From contig JAHLWZ010000498.1 in assembly GCA_020536535.1 (NCBI GenBank), positions 27,998 through 91,997 of the forward strand: 64,000 nucleotides of DNA, written 5' to 3'. This stretch comes from Pelomyxa schiedti. Taxonomy: Eukaryota > Protista > Evosea. Made by a program: the position numbers and the translations under genes. Positions within the stretch are counted from its first letter, which is position 1. Each line of letters begins with the position of its first letter. The notes under the pieces are model-generated. The model was not told the origin of the DNA, did not search any database, and was given only the letters and a program-made list of their open reading frames with translations. Of this stretch, positions 38,301 through 49,507 are shown piece after piece.

Positions 38301-41300
38301 GTTGCGTGAGCATAACTCCAGTCCGCTTTACTCTGTTGCGGTGGTTTGTCTGGAACTGCAGGTTTTACAATTCGAATCCTCCCCAGTTCTACACATAAAT
38401 CAAAACCTATCCTTTGTAAGTGTGAAGCACTTCAAGTGTTGTAGATAAAATACCAAGCACTCGAGCGCGGTCAAGTAAATAGCCGATAGACTCCATCTGT
38501 ATCTCATATCCAGACATGATGTCTGGATCAAAAGCAAGAACCAATTTCACAAATCCTGCGAGTAAGTCCTTCTCTGTTTCATACTGATCGACACGTCCAT
38601 CTGAATAGATTACTCAATTGAACCTTTTTTTTGGGGACAGGTTACCTATACAATAGGAAAAGGTTGGGACTGCTGAAGGTTCGGTTTCCAATATCAAAAT
38701 TCCGGTCATGTCCCTGAAATGAGTTAGAAAAAAGGAAAAAAAGTAAATGCAAGTGTTGCCTATATGAATCCCCAGCTATCTCGACGGCATCATCATCATG
38801 GATGCAGTAGCAAATGCATTGCACTGCATCATGTTCAGGGTCGGGTTTAAGAGAGCCTCTTGTATTGACTGCAACATAGAAAAAATTTACTATGTAACTC
38901 AGATTTATAGTCAATGGCACCATGAATTTCAACACTCATGTGAGTTAAATGCTGGTTCGTGTGCCAAGCAGCATCCAGACTTTCATTCAGGGAATTATTC
39001 GCGGGAAGTACAGACGAAATTTGCGGCTGCAAAGTGGGGAGATTCTTTGAAGTGGTTAATCACTAACATCAGTGGGAAAGGAAACTGACCGAATGAGGGG
39101 AACAGGTGCACCAGCGTGATGGCGGAGGTAGAAGAGGAGTGAACTCAGTAGATTCCAAAGTGTTCGGGGTGGGAGGGAAATGCCTTATTTCAATGTTATG
39201 CACAATACACGATATTCTTTTTAGCAAACCAATCCAGGTCAACTGTGAAGTTATCCATTTTTGGAGTAAATTGTGGGAGGGCACTGGTGTTAATGTGATA
39301 GGAGGGTTCCTCGTATTTGAGCTTGACGGGAATGCGAATCTCTCTTCCACCAAATTGCTGAGAAATTAGTTGAGAATAATTGACATGAACTAACTCACAA
39401 AGGCAGGAGCAAATGAATCTTTGACACTCGAGAAAAACGGAGGTTGGTACTCAATTGTGGTAAGGGAGAGGTCACTTGATTTTATGGTTTCAGGTTCAGG
39501 TGGCTCAAGTGTATAAAACAAGTCTTCCAGTGGCTGAAGGTTATCAGGTGGGTGCAAAAAATTCATGCCCTCACAATCTTCGGTACTGTGGTGTTTCTTG
39601 CCACAACTAGGGATCGTACGAGAAACAGTATTACACACAATTTCATTTTGAGGGATTTTGGGTGGAGTGTCTTCGTCAGGGGGAGTGTTGACGTGCACTG
39701 GTGTCTCCAATACTTGAGTAAAACCTGGGGGAGAAGAAACAGGACTGCTAATTCGTGTGCCGGGTGCGGCAATTGTTTCTTCTTCCATACTGCTGCAGGA
39801 TTCATCTGTTTCATGCACCGGCAATTGGTTGAATGATAGCATATGGTAACTGGACTCAGGTGTGGAAAATTGGTGCACTGGATCTTGCGTTCCGAACTGC
39901 GTTACACGGATTTGAGTTGAACTTAGATCATCAAGGCTCTCCCTAGAGTTGCTTGTAGTTCGCTGTGTTTCTCCAATGTAGTAGCAAGAAACATCTGAAT
40001 CTTCGGCGGCAGAGTCAACTGTTGATGATTTTGAGGATCCATTTGAGCCGGAAATGGCTGCATGTGGTAGGCAACAGGAAACAGGTAGGCAATTCTCATG
40101 GGTTTCGAATTTTTTAATTGGTACCTTGGAAGGTAGTTTTGAACTACTGAGGGGATCTTTTGTTGTCTGGATGGGCTTTTTCTTGACTTGTGAAAGATGT
40201 GGTTCCAAGGGTCCAATGGAAACACATGACATGAGCTTCATGGTTGGCTTTGAGGGTTGGAATTTCCCATGATTACCGCTGCTTGAAGTAACAGTACGAC
40301 TGGAACAACTTGGTAATCCCCCTATTGGGTTGGTTGGCGACCTTTTTGAAGCACTTTTAAATCGTGATGGGACGTAAGGTGGTAGAGGATTTTGTGAATC
40401 GAGAGCAAGAACTCCAGGAGGAAGGGGCTGCTGAATATACCCTCTGCAAGAATGCGGACAAGTAACTGCTTTGTTAAAGTGGGGTGTTGGTGGGAAGGCA
40501 AGTGTCGGAGGTGGAGAGGAAAGGTCATATGGAACAGGGGTTGAGGGTACAGGGTGTGTTGACGGAATGGCCTGGTTCTGTATAGATTGCGTTTCTGGAA
40601 AATTGAGTGCCACAGAATCTTTACTTGAAATCTTTTGGGAAACTTAGAAACGTCAAGGAAGATGAACTTGTGGTTACAGATTTGCAAGCATGGGCACAGT
40701 GGTGCTTTTCCCAGGAGCATACTCGTTTTGGAGGAGGCTCGTGAAATAAAAGCTTTGAGGGTTTAACAAGTTGCTGGCAGGATTCAAGAGTGTGAGTGTG
40801 TTTGCGTGTAGAGCTTGGACTGCGACTGCTACTGCTAGTGCTAGTGCTAGTGCTACCAGCAGTTGTGGAAAAGGTACCCAAATTTTTAGAGGAAGGTTGA
40901 TGTTGAACGGAGTGATGGTGGTGCTTGTGGTGATGGGGGAGTTTAATTTGAGCGCCAGGGGATTCAGGTTTGATGAAAGTTGGCACCTTAACAGTGGGTT
41001 GAAAGATATCTTGAGAAACTATGTCCTCAGGTACGCTGGGATGTGATTCCACAAGCTTGCAAAAACGCTGTTGGTGGTATAAGTAAGTGCTCCCTTTTTT
41101 GTTGATTAGTATAGGCTCACATGACGCCGAGTTGCTGTCCTATCGTTCCGGCCATCAAATTGTGGGATCTGGGCTAAATTCCCGTTGGGTTTTTCTTCAA
41201 CAGAGCCCCTTTTTCAAAGAGGTTAAGCTTCCTCTAATTACATTGTACGCACATTATATCCATCAGTTCTTTCTGTGATTTAACAGGATCATCATCAGAA

Positions 41301-43152
41301 GAGGTGCCACTACTATCTCCTTCAGCCTCCATGGCAGTATCTTCTGTGCTTTCATTGGTCTGAAGATCGGAGAGAGACCAGTCAGTATCACGGAGAAAGT
41401 CCAGAGCTGATGCCGCTGCTTTATCCTTACAAGAATCAGTATGAAAAAGAAAAATTCTCCGCGGTCAGGGTACCTGAGTATTAATTGAAATGCTCTTGGG
41501 GTCACATTCATTTGGGTCAGGTGAAAAGGGGGCATTGGAGGGTGGGGTCTGTTCAAAGAAAGGTGAGCTAGAATGGAGTGTGCTTGACGATTCAGTTTGT
41601 TGAACAACTATTCACGGAGTTACGGTATAACAAAAACGGTTAAGCAGACACCTGATGCAGCTGCATTGTGATCGACAGCCTCCTCAGCAATAATCTCATG
41701 TATTCTTTGCCTTTTTTTGTAAGTCAACCCAAAAGGGTATACCAAAGACTCACTGAATAACAGTCTCCAATTCCGATTTACAGGGTAGAATCCTCTTTGA
41801 CTCCAGTGGTACTTTAAATTTCTCTCCAAGTAACTTTGATTGCTCTTGCCACATGGAAGCAAGAGATCGAACTACTTTTTTGTGATACTGCGGAATGCCA
41901 GAAGAAGGGGTTGTTGCAGCCAGAAGATCGTCAGGATTGAGCAAGTCCTCGATGGAGGCATCAACCTCCAATTCACATGTTGTGGTGCGTGGCAGACCGT
42001 TTGTTGCAATACCTCCTGTAGTAGACACGAAGAGTTTGCGCTGAAGACTGGAAGGATCGTATTCTGCATTTTGTACGATATAAGCTCACAGAGTGAAGAG
42101 CGGCAATGTTACAGGACAATTGACAAAACAAGAAAGAAAAGTAAGATGTAAGATCACCACTCCTCCTCTGTGAAAGCCCTCTCTCGAAAGAAACACCCCC
42201 TAAACAGATTGCTCGATCTCCTGCTGGAAGTGGACAACGGAATGTGACATGTCTCAGATTTACCAGGCCCATTCCAAAAAGATTATAGTCAACAAAAATT
42301 TGCAAGGAGAATGGAATATGGGCCTGCATACACTGAGCAGTAATTTTCATTGGTAAAAATTACCTCATAAACAGCAAATTTTGTTTGCATAATGGCCCCA
42401 CTACGCAAGAGAGCCACGATTCTTGTGACATGTTGTGGATTATAGCTACCAGCAATTAAAAGTTTTGAACAGATTAGCTGTGCATACATATAAGTTTTCA
42501 AGAAAACTTTTTCACAGGGACAGTAACCATAGAATGGCTTGCCTCTTACTGGAACAATTTTGAACACATAGTGGTGATGCTGTTGCCCTGTGTTGTACCT
42601 GTTTCCTGGAAATGGTTTCGACATTTCCAGGTTTTGGTTTGCAACGTGAGCTGCTCTCTCAATGCACATAGAGAGTTTTCTACAATAAGACTCCACTGAA
42701 GAGGGAAAAGTCACAAATAAGTGTACTTTCATGACAAATAACTCAAGTACCATTTTCTCTCACCATTGGTTGGTCATCAGGAAATGGAACAAAGAAATAT
42801 GGGAAAGCCTACGTTTAATTCACTTGGGTCGAAAGAAAAATCCAATAAGAAGCACCTTGTGCAAGTGCAAACACGTCTTTTGTCCAGCAGGGGTAGCACC
42901 AAATATCCTCAAAACAGGCACTGATGGAGGTTGCTCATTCTGAAACGATGACCACACAACATCGTGATCCTGCAAAAAAAAAACCCCACGAAAAAAAAAA
43001 AAAAACGTGAGGCGAGGCCCTTCAACACGAAACGGAGAAAAAAAAAAAAACGGACAACAAACAACAACCTTTGCTGGTTCTACCATGACGTCGTCAATAG
43101 ACACCGCACGCACTGCAAAAACCGCACCCGCCGGTGTCGTCGTGCCACTCAT
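35349..43152 (-). CDS. REV3: DNA polymerase zeta catalytic subunit
   Basis: N-terminal VPVLRIFGATPAGQKTCLHLH, AHIPFSLQIFVDYNLFGMG and TTCELEVD. PolB motifs VFDFQSLYPSIIIAYN, RQLGLKMIANVTYGY, VVYGDTDS and KKRYVG/KGIELVRRD. C-terminal Cys clusters CIVC...CSRC and CLVC...CCATDCP. Confidence 0.97.
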
Positions 43153-43551
43153 TCGCCGTTTATAAATAATATGATGGGTTTTTGATCAACCCAAAAACTG
43201 CTGTGGTGCTTCTTGAACTATTTTTCGAACCCCTTTGTGGGGTGTTGATGAATCTAGTTGTGGCTCTGGGCAGCACCAAGCCATTTCCAACCGTCGTTTG
43301 AAGATTCGGGGAATGGCAGCCTGGTTCACTCAAACTAGGAAGCTGCGAACAGACACAAGCATCATGGTACTGCGAACTTCTCCTTTTTTGGGAACAGAAC
43401 TTCGAAACTGCACTTGCCGTTTGTGTTTGGTGGAACTCGTGCACGCAAAAAAGGTAGACTTTTCTGTGTGTGTGGAAAATGCCCTGTGAACGTTGCATTT
43501 TTTTATTCATTAATAATAACGAAAACCCACACAAGGGCACACACCGCATAC
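43153..43551. promoter_or_regulatory. Putative bidirectional promoter between REV3 and the DUSP gene
   Basis: About 400 bp between divergent start codons; position only, no motif proof. Confidence 0.4.
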
Positions 43552-44813
43552 ATGTCTGATACACAAGCACGCGGCCTCATCACAACAGAGCGGCTTGTTC
43601 CGCCACATTTTTGTGAGAACTTCCACTTCAACCACCTCACCAATCAGTGGATTCCTAATAAGAGGCCACGTCCGGATTGCATTCTTGATGGCTTGTATAT
43701 CGGCGACCTGGACAATGCGTTTGATAGTGAGGTTTGTGGTGATTCCCGCTTTCCCTCATTTGTTGTGTTTCGCATCCTTTCATCCCAGACTCTGTACTCA
43801 CATCTTAATCAGACACTGGAGTCGCTGGGGATCACCCACGTTCTTTCTGTACTTGAAATTAAAGACATTCCGGATTTTTATTCACACTTTCCGAAGAATA
43901 TAATTGTAGAGACTATACAGTATGCAAGCGTCCAATATATATTACTATTACACACTTACCTCTTTCTCCCACCAGAATTCCGGATGATACCACCGTGGAT
44001 ATATCACAATACTTTCCGAAAGCCATAGAGTTCATCTCAAAGGCTCTCAGAGAGACGGGAGAAAACGGGAGCCTCCACAACCACTCCTCCACTTCTTCCG
44101 CCTCCTCATTCCCACCATACATCCCCGCCACTCCGCGGGCATCCTCCAATCTCCGGAAATCCACAAGTATCTCCGTAGGACACATTGGCACCACAACAAG
44201 CACCGGAATTTGCGGAATCCTCTCCGCTTCGACCAACATCAACACCAGCACTACTTCCACTCCAACAGCGACAACAACCTCATCAACTCCCATCAATAGC
44301 ATCACTTGCACTTGCACTTCCACGTCATCGTCGTCATCGTCATCACCCCTATCCTCACCGTCATCCACCGCACCTCCTTCTCCGTCCCATAACTGCGAGA
44401 ATTCGCGGCACTCGGACCGGCGCGGCGGGGTGCTGGTTCACTGCGCGTGGGGAGTCAGCCGCAGCGCCGCGGTCGTCACCGCGTTCGTGATGTACGCGCT
44501 GTCCATGGACTGGGCCTCGGCCCTGCGCGCCGTGCAGAGCGAGCACCCCACGGCGTTCCCCAGCCTGGCCTTCGCGAGGCAGCTCGCCGACTTTGGCTCC
44601 AGGCTCGCGGCCACGCGGGCCTCGCAGATGCAACTGAGGACCGAGCTCTGGGGAGGAGGAGGAGGAGGAGGGGGCGGCGAGGGGACTTGCGGGAACGAGA
44701 AGGAGGGCGACCAGGGACTTATGGGTGGCGCTCGCGGCTCGGCGGTGAGACTCAGGGGGGCCTCTGGAAGCAGCAGCCCGTTGGCGTCCACCAATAAGCC
44801 CAAGGCCGGTTGA
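43552..44813 (+). CDS. Dual-specificity protein phosphatase with Ser/Thr-rich insertion
   Basis: ILDGLYIGD, LGITHVLSV, IPDDTTVDISQYFPKAIEFI, VLVHCAWGVSRSAAVVTAFVM (HCX5R), AFPSLAFARQL. Confidence 0.92.
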
Positions 44814-44999
44814 ACGAGTTTTTGTACCTTTGGCCGAAAAAGGAATGTGGAAGCTTGAAGAACAAACGAAAAAATCAATTGAACTTTAAATACCTTTCAG
44901 AGATAGGTTCTGTTTCTTGTGGTACTGGGTACTGGGGACAGTGTTTTGTGGTTGGTGTGTTTGTTGTGGTTGGAATTGGAATGACTGGGGACTTCCGGT

Positions 45000-47158
45000 C
45001 TACAGGAGGTCGGTTTCGGGCTTTTTTTTCCAGTCAACAGGTTTGGTTGTTGTGGTGTCAGAGGTGAAATCACAAGGCATGAAAGTGTTGTTCTCCATCC
45101 CACCAGGGCAGAAGAAATGATCTGTTATAGGGAATGAGTAGAAGAACCAAAAGTATTTATTAACAAGTTGTGCGGCTTTAGTTTTTAGTTGGGGTTTAAA
45201 TAGGGGTTTTTTGAAATACAAGTTTAGACTTCTATAACTTAAAAAGGAGTGCCACAACCAACCTGCTGCGGAGCGCTTGAGGTATGCACGAGAGCACTTT
45301 GGGCAACGCGGTGGTGATCCGTGAATGGAATTGTACGCAATACGTTTTTGTAGTTCAGTCTTTGGTCCAGTGATAAGACAATTATTTGCTCTGTGGTACT
45401 TCAGATTGTTATGGTGGAGGATTTGTGATACTGGAGTTTTTCCTTCAGTTGAACAACTGGTAGAGTGTATAAGAAGGTGAGTTGCTGTGGAGAGAGTTTC
45501 TCTACAATTTCCTATAAAGTGTCAAAAAAGAGACCACATGTGGTTATTAACGTACATCAGGTATGGACATCTCGGGAAGTACAGATTTTCTGCTATGTCG
45601 TTGAAGTAAGACAACATTGAGGAAATTCAAAATAAAAGCAACCTCTTTTTTGGAGGTCTCTCAAGTCCCTTGCCAGCTGCCTTGGGTGCCCTCATTTTGC
45701 TTTCCTCCTCACTCTCACTGGAGCTGCTGGATCTTGTGTATTTAATTGGAGCCCGGAGGCCTTCTGCAGCACGTATTTTGGATAATTCATAGGCCTATCA
45801 TCAGAGGGGTAAAACACATCAGAGGGGGAAATAGGGATATGAGATAAGACCAAACCTTCTTCCCAGGAAGGGCCACTTCTTTTGCTGAAAGAGTTGTTAG
45901 AATGTGAAGTGAAACGCAGAATAACAAACGTATTGAAATGCATACATGTCAATCTCACCACGGGTTTCCTTTTCCGTGGACCCTCAACTATTATTGCCTT
46001 GAACACGTTTGATGGTGATCTGTGATGGGAGTTCTCACTATCGGGCTCTATTAATTCTTCCTCATCTGTACTAGTTTCTCCTCCTGATACTTTTTTTGTC
46101 TTAGGCTTAGTCTTACTCTTACTGTTAGTCTTCTTGGCCTTTTTCACTTTTCTCTTCCCTTTCCCACTGTCCACTTTCTTGCTCTTTGCGGATTTAGTTG
46201 AGGATGAGGAATTAGTATCGGTAGTGGATTCCTCGTCACTGCTCTCTTCTTCGTCAAAACTGCTGTCTTCTTTATCATCACTGCTCTCACTTTTGGCTTT
46301 GTCCTTTTTACTCTTCTTGGTAGTGGTGGTGGCCTCCTCAGCTCCTGCTTTTGGAGCTGTTTCTGCAGGCGGCTTAGGTTTTTCAGCAGTCGGCTTATGG
46401 GGTACTTCTACATCTTCCACAATGACAGGGTCCCCGTTTGGCTTTGCTTTGTTCTTCTTTTTGGAGCCCTTACCAGTTCCTTCCAGAGAAGCACCAACCG
46501 GCTCATGATGTAAGGTCAATATGTCGTCGTCATCATCATCGCCGCCCTTCTTGTGACTGCTGCTGCTGCTGATGCAGTTGCAATCAATCACAATGACGTC
46601 CTCATCCCCGCCGCCGTCTTTGCCCGTCGGCTTGGCCGCGGCCTTTTCTTTCCCCCCGCCAGCGCCAGGGGCATTTTCCTTCCCCCCCTCGCCCTTGCTC
46701 TTCCCGCCCTTGCCCTCTGCCGCCTCCTCCTCCTCCGCCTCCTCCTTGCCCTTCCCCTTGTCTTTCCCCTTGTCCGCCGCCGCGGGCCCGCTCTTGTCCC
46801 CCTTGCCCTCTGCCGCGCCCCCCCCGCCCTTGTCGCCCTTGTCCCCCTTGTCGGCCTTGGCTGCGTCCTCCCCGCCTTTGCTGCCCTTGGCGCTGGGCTC
46901 GGGCGCCGCTGCTGGCGCCCCTTTCGGCCGCTCCCTCTCTTTGTCCTTGCCCTTGGAGGACGCCGCGGTGGCCGCGGTGGTGGTGGCCGTGGTGGCGGCG
47001 CTGCTCCCTGGGGCCGCCTCGGGCTTCCCGGGGGGCGGCGCTGCCGCAGCCGACGCCGCGGGCGCGGGGGCCTTGACGCTGGCGGGAGCGTCCTCGTCCA
47101 TGTCCTCCGCGTGCTTAGCCTTGGCTGCCTCCACTTTCTTGGCGTTCTTCCCGGACAT
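45000..47158 (-). CDS. Lys/Glu-rich disordered protein with C-terminal PADR1 (PARP Zn3-like) domain
   Basis: Spliced C-terminus LKEKLQANNCLITGPKTELQKRIAYNSIHGSPPRCPKCSRAYLKRSAADHFFCPGGMENNTFMPCDFTSDTTTTKPVDW matches PADR1 (L..N....G....L..R.A....G....CP.C...Y/F.C.G......C). Confidence 0.72.
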
Positions 47159-48674
47159 GCGGGGTCCGCGTCCTTGTGAGGGACTTGATTTTTAGTTTCA
47201 GCAGAAAAAAACGACTTGTGGCACGAAAGATCTACAAGGAAACGAAAAAGGAAGCACACGGAGCCAGCTCCGCCTCGCAGAGGAGCGGGAGAGTCTGAGA
47301 GAGGCAAAAAAAGTTCGGTTGGCTGACGTGGTTGCGTGCTTCACAGAGGTTTTTTTGGAGAGTGCTCCGCGGTTGTTGTCCCCTTGCGGGGTCTTCAGTC
47401 ACAGAGCAGGAGGGTTTGGTGAGGGCTCAGGCCCGACGTTGCATCAGGCTAGAACTCTCTAGGATGAATTCCGATGGAATGTCATCTCGATGAATCTATC
47501 TGGAAGATACGCATATGCTGATTTACTAAACAAAGAAGGTTTCGAGGAAGTAAAGCTACTTCAGGCACAGCAGCCAACCGAAAAAAAAGCCCTCTACGGG
47601 CTCTGTTTATAGCGCCGATTTCTAGGTAGGCTTAATTGTGGGAGCCAAATTCCTGGCAACACATACTCCGCGTATGCTTGATGGTATTTGGAGACTGGGT
47701 TGTACCTTTATTTTGTTCGTAGTATGTTGCATTTGGTATGACCGGTAGCTGTTCTCACATGAATAGAAATCTCCCAAAAGATTCGATTACATTCACACTA
47801 ATGGCACTGGATTCATTGGTTAAGAGGTAAGAAGTAACTGCAAGCTAAATATTGCTCACTACCTAAGGTGCACAGCCAAAGGCCTCTACATCGGTCCGGA
47901 GTTGGAACACTTCCTCACACGGAATGCAGTGGCGATTAGTTCTTGAGTATGACTAGATTCAACATCCCGAAGTTGATTCTAGCCGAGCCTGTTAGAGGTA
48001 AGGGTTTTTAAAAAATGACAAGGACCTTCACTCAGATTTGGATGCGTTACATGTAACATATAAGCATGCATATACTCCAGAGGACTTGGCATGCAGTCAG
48101 ACTGAATTCCCAAACACAGTACAAAAAACTGACATTCATGCGTCAAGAACAACTCTTGGTTATCTTAGTCAACGGTTGTCGAGATCCATATCAATATGCG
48201 TTCCGTGCTGGACAGGAACAAACGCCTCCCCAAAAAGAGTGACTTGCGTTTCAGTACAAATGTTATTTATAATGCATGACATCCCACAATGCACCAGTTC
48301 CACCAAAGCCAGCCCCCAGTTACGGTTCTGGGAACTTCGTGACTACTCGGTAGCCGTGTCGTCACTCCCAAAAAGAGAAAGAACAGACGATTACCATCAA
48401 TCACCGATTCCCTGAAAGAGGACATTTTATCGTTCGTAATCTGATCTGACTGTCGCGCTATGTGGACGGGACACAGGCCAACAACACTTTTCATTATTTT
48501 AAAGAAATATTATCCCCAGGCAAAGCATAATGTGAAACGCAATAACGAATCAGGAGGGCCCAGGATAAACTTCTCTTCTGGAACCTCATTTACATGACCT
48601 GAAAATAGTCTCAAAGTCCATTCAACCCACTGGGCTTCCTGGTAGCAGTTATTGGTTGTTTCAGGACACTGATT

Positions 48675-49127
48675 TTGAACAGTTATGGACACTCATCAAC
48701 TAATGGCACCCTTTTCTTCTTTGGTGGCATGAGTGCAAATGCACATCACTGTGTGCAGCGATTTGATATGAAAACGAAGCAACGGCTTCCACCAATAACA
48801 TGTGAGAGAAGACATAAGGAATCTGGTGGAGAAAAAAAGAACGCGGGAAGACCAGAAACACAACAGGTTTTGGCACAAGCGGAACACTCCTCTGTTATTT
48901 TTCACCAAGATGTGGCAAATGGTTGTGATCCTGACTCAAATCACTTGTTCCTCCAAACTATCGGCACCATCCATCGCAAATATCAACTTCAGATTCCATT
49001 CAAAACAGTGAATCGCCACCGCTGGTATCTTCTGAGCACTCTTCTTTATCCAGAACGTGGGACTGACAACGGGGCATCCCATTTTAATGGAAGGTGGAGG
49101 AGGCCTGTTGGTTGGCACAATGTATGA
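48675..49127 (+). pseudogene. Degenerate Kelch-like fragment
   Basis: YGHSSTNGTLFFFGGMS...VQRFDMKTKQ and EHSSVIF resemble Kelch repeats; the surrounding frames are interrupted. Confidence 0.3.
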
Positions 49128-49507
49128 CTTTGTTCTCGATGGAGGACCATACTCTTCACCTCAATTTACCGATAACAAAACAACCAGGAGTGGGACCACA
49201 GTATCATTATAAATGGGCTCACTGTTTGCACTCTCGGCAAGGATTGTGGGGTGGAAATTCGCTCTCGATTCCCCACCATGGATGACAAGTACCCCTCCTC
49301 AAGCTCAGAATGTGGATTCTGTACCAGAATCCGGCCCCGTACCTTTGGTAAGGGTCATCCACATTCTGAGCACTGAGGGAGTCCCCCTGGCCACCGTTGA
49401 ATCTTAGATTGTAACCACTGTTGTGAGTCCACTACACACAAACACCAAACAAAAAAACATCATCGAACTTTCGTCTTCGCGTTCGTTTTCTTCGAATCAC
49501 TGCAGTG

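Noticed and set aside
31715-47158. MORC, REV3 and PADR1 as a functional genome-maintenance cluster
   Set aside because: Mixed orientations with an unrelated gene between; adjacency in a compact eukaryotic genome is not evidence of co-function.
46134-47307. Long antisense/overlapping ORFs here and at 13643-14059, 17944-18519, 34196-35134, 58006-58836 and 59554-60159
   Set aside because: Shadow ORFs of GC-rich or low-complexity coding sequence with no independent motifs.
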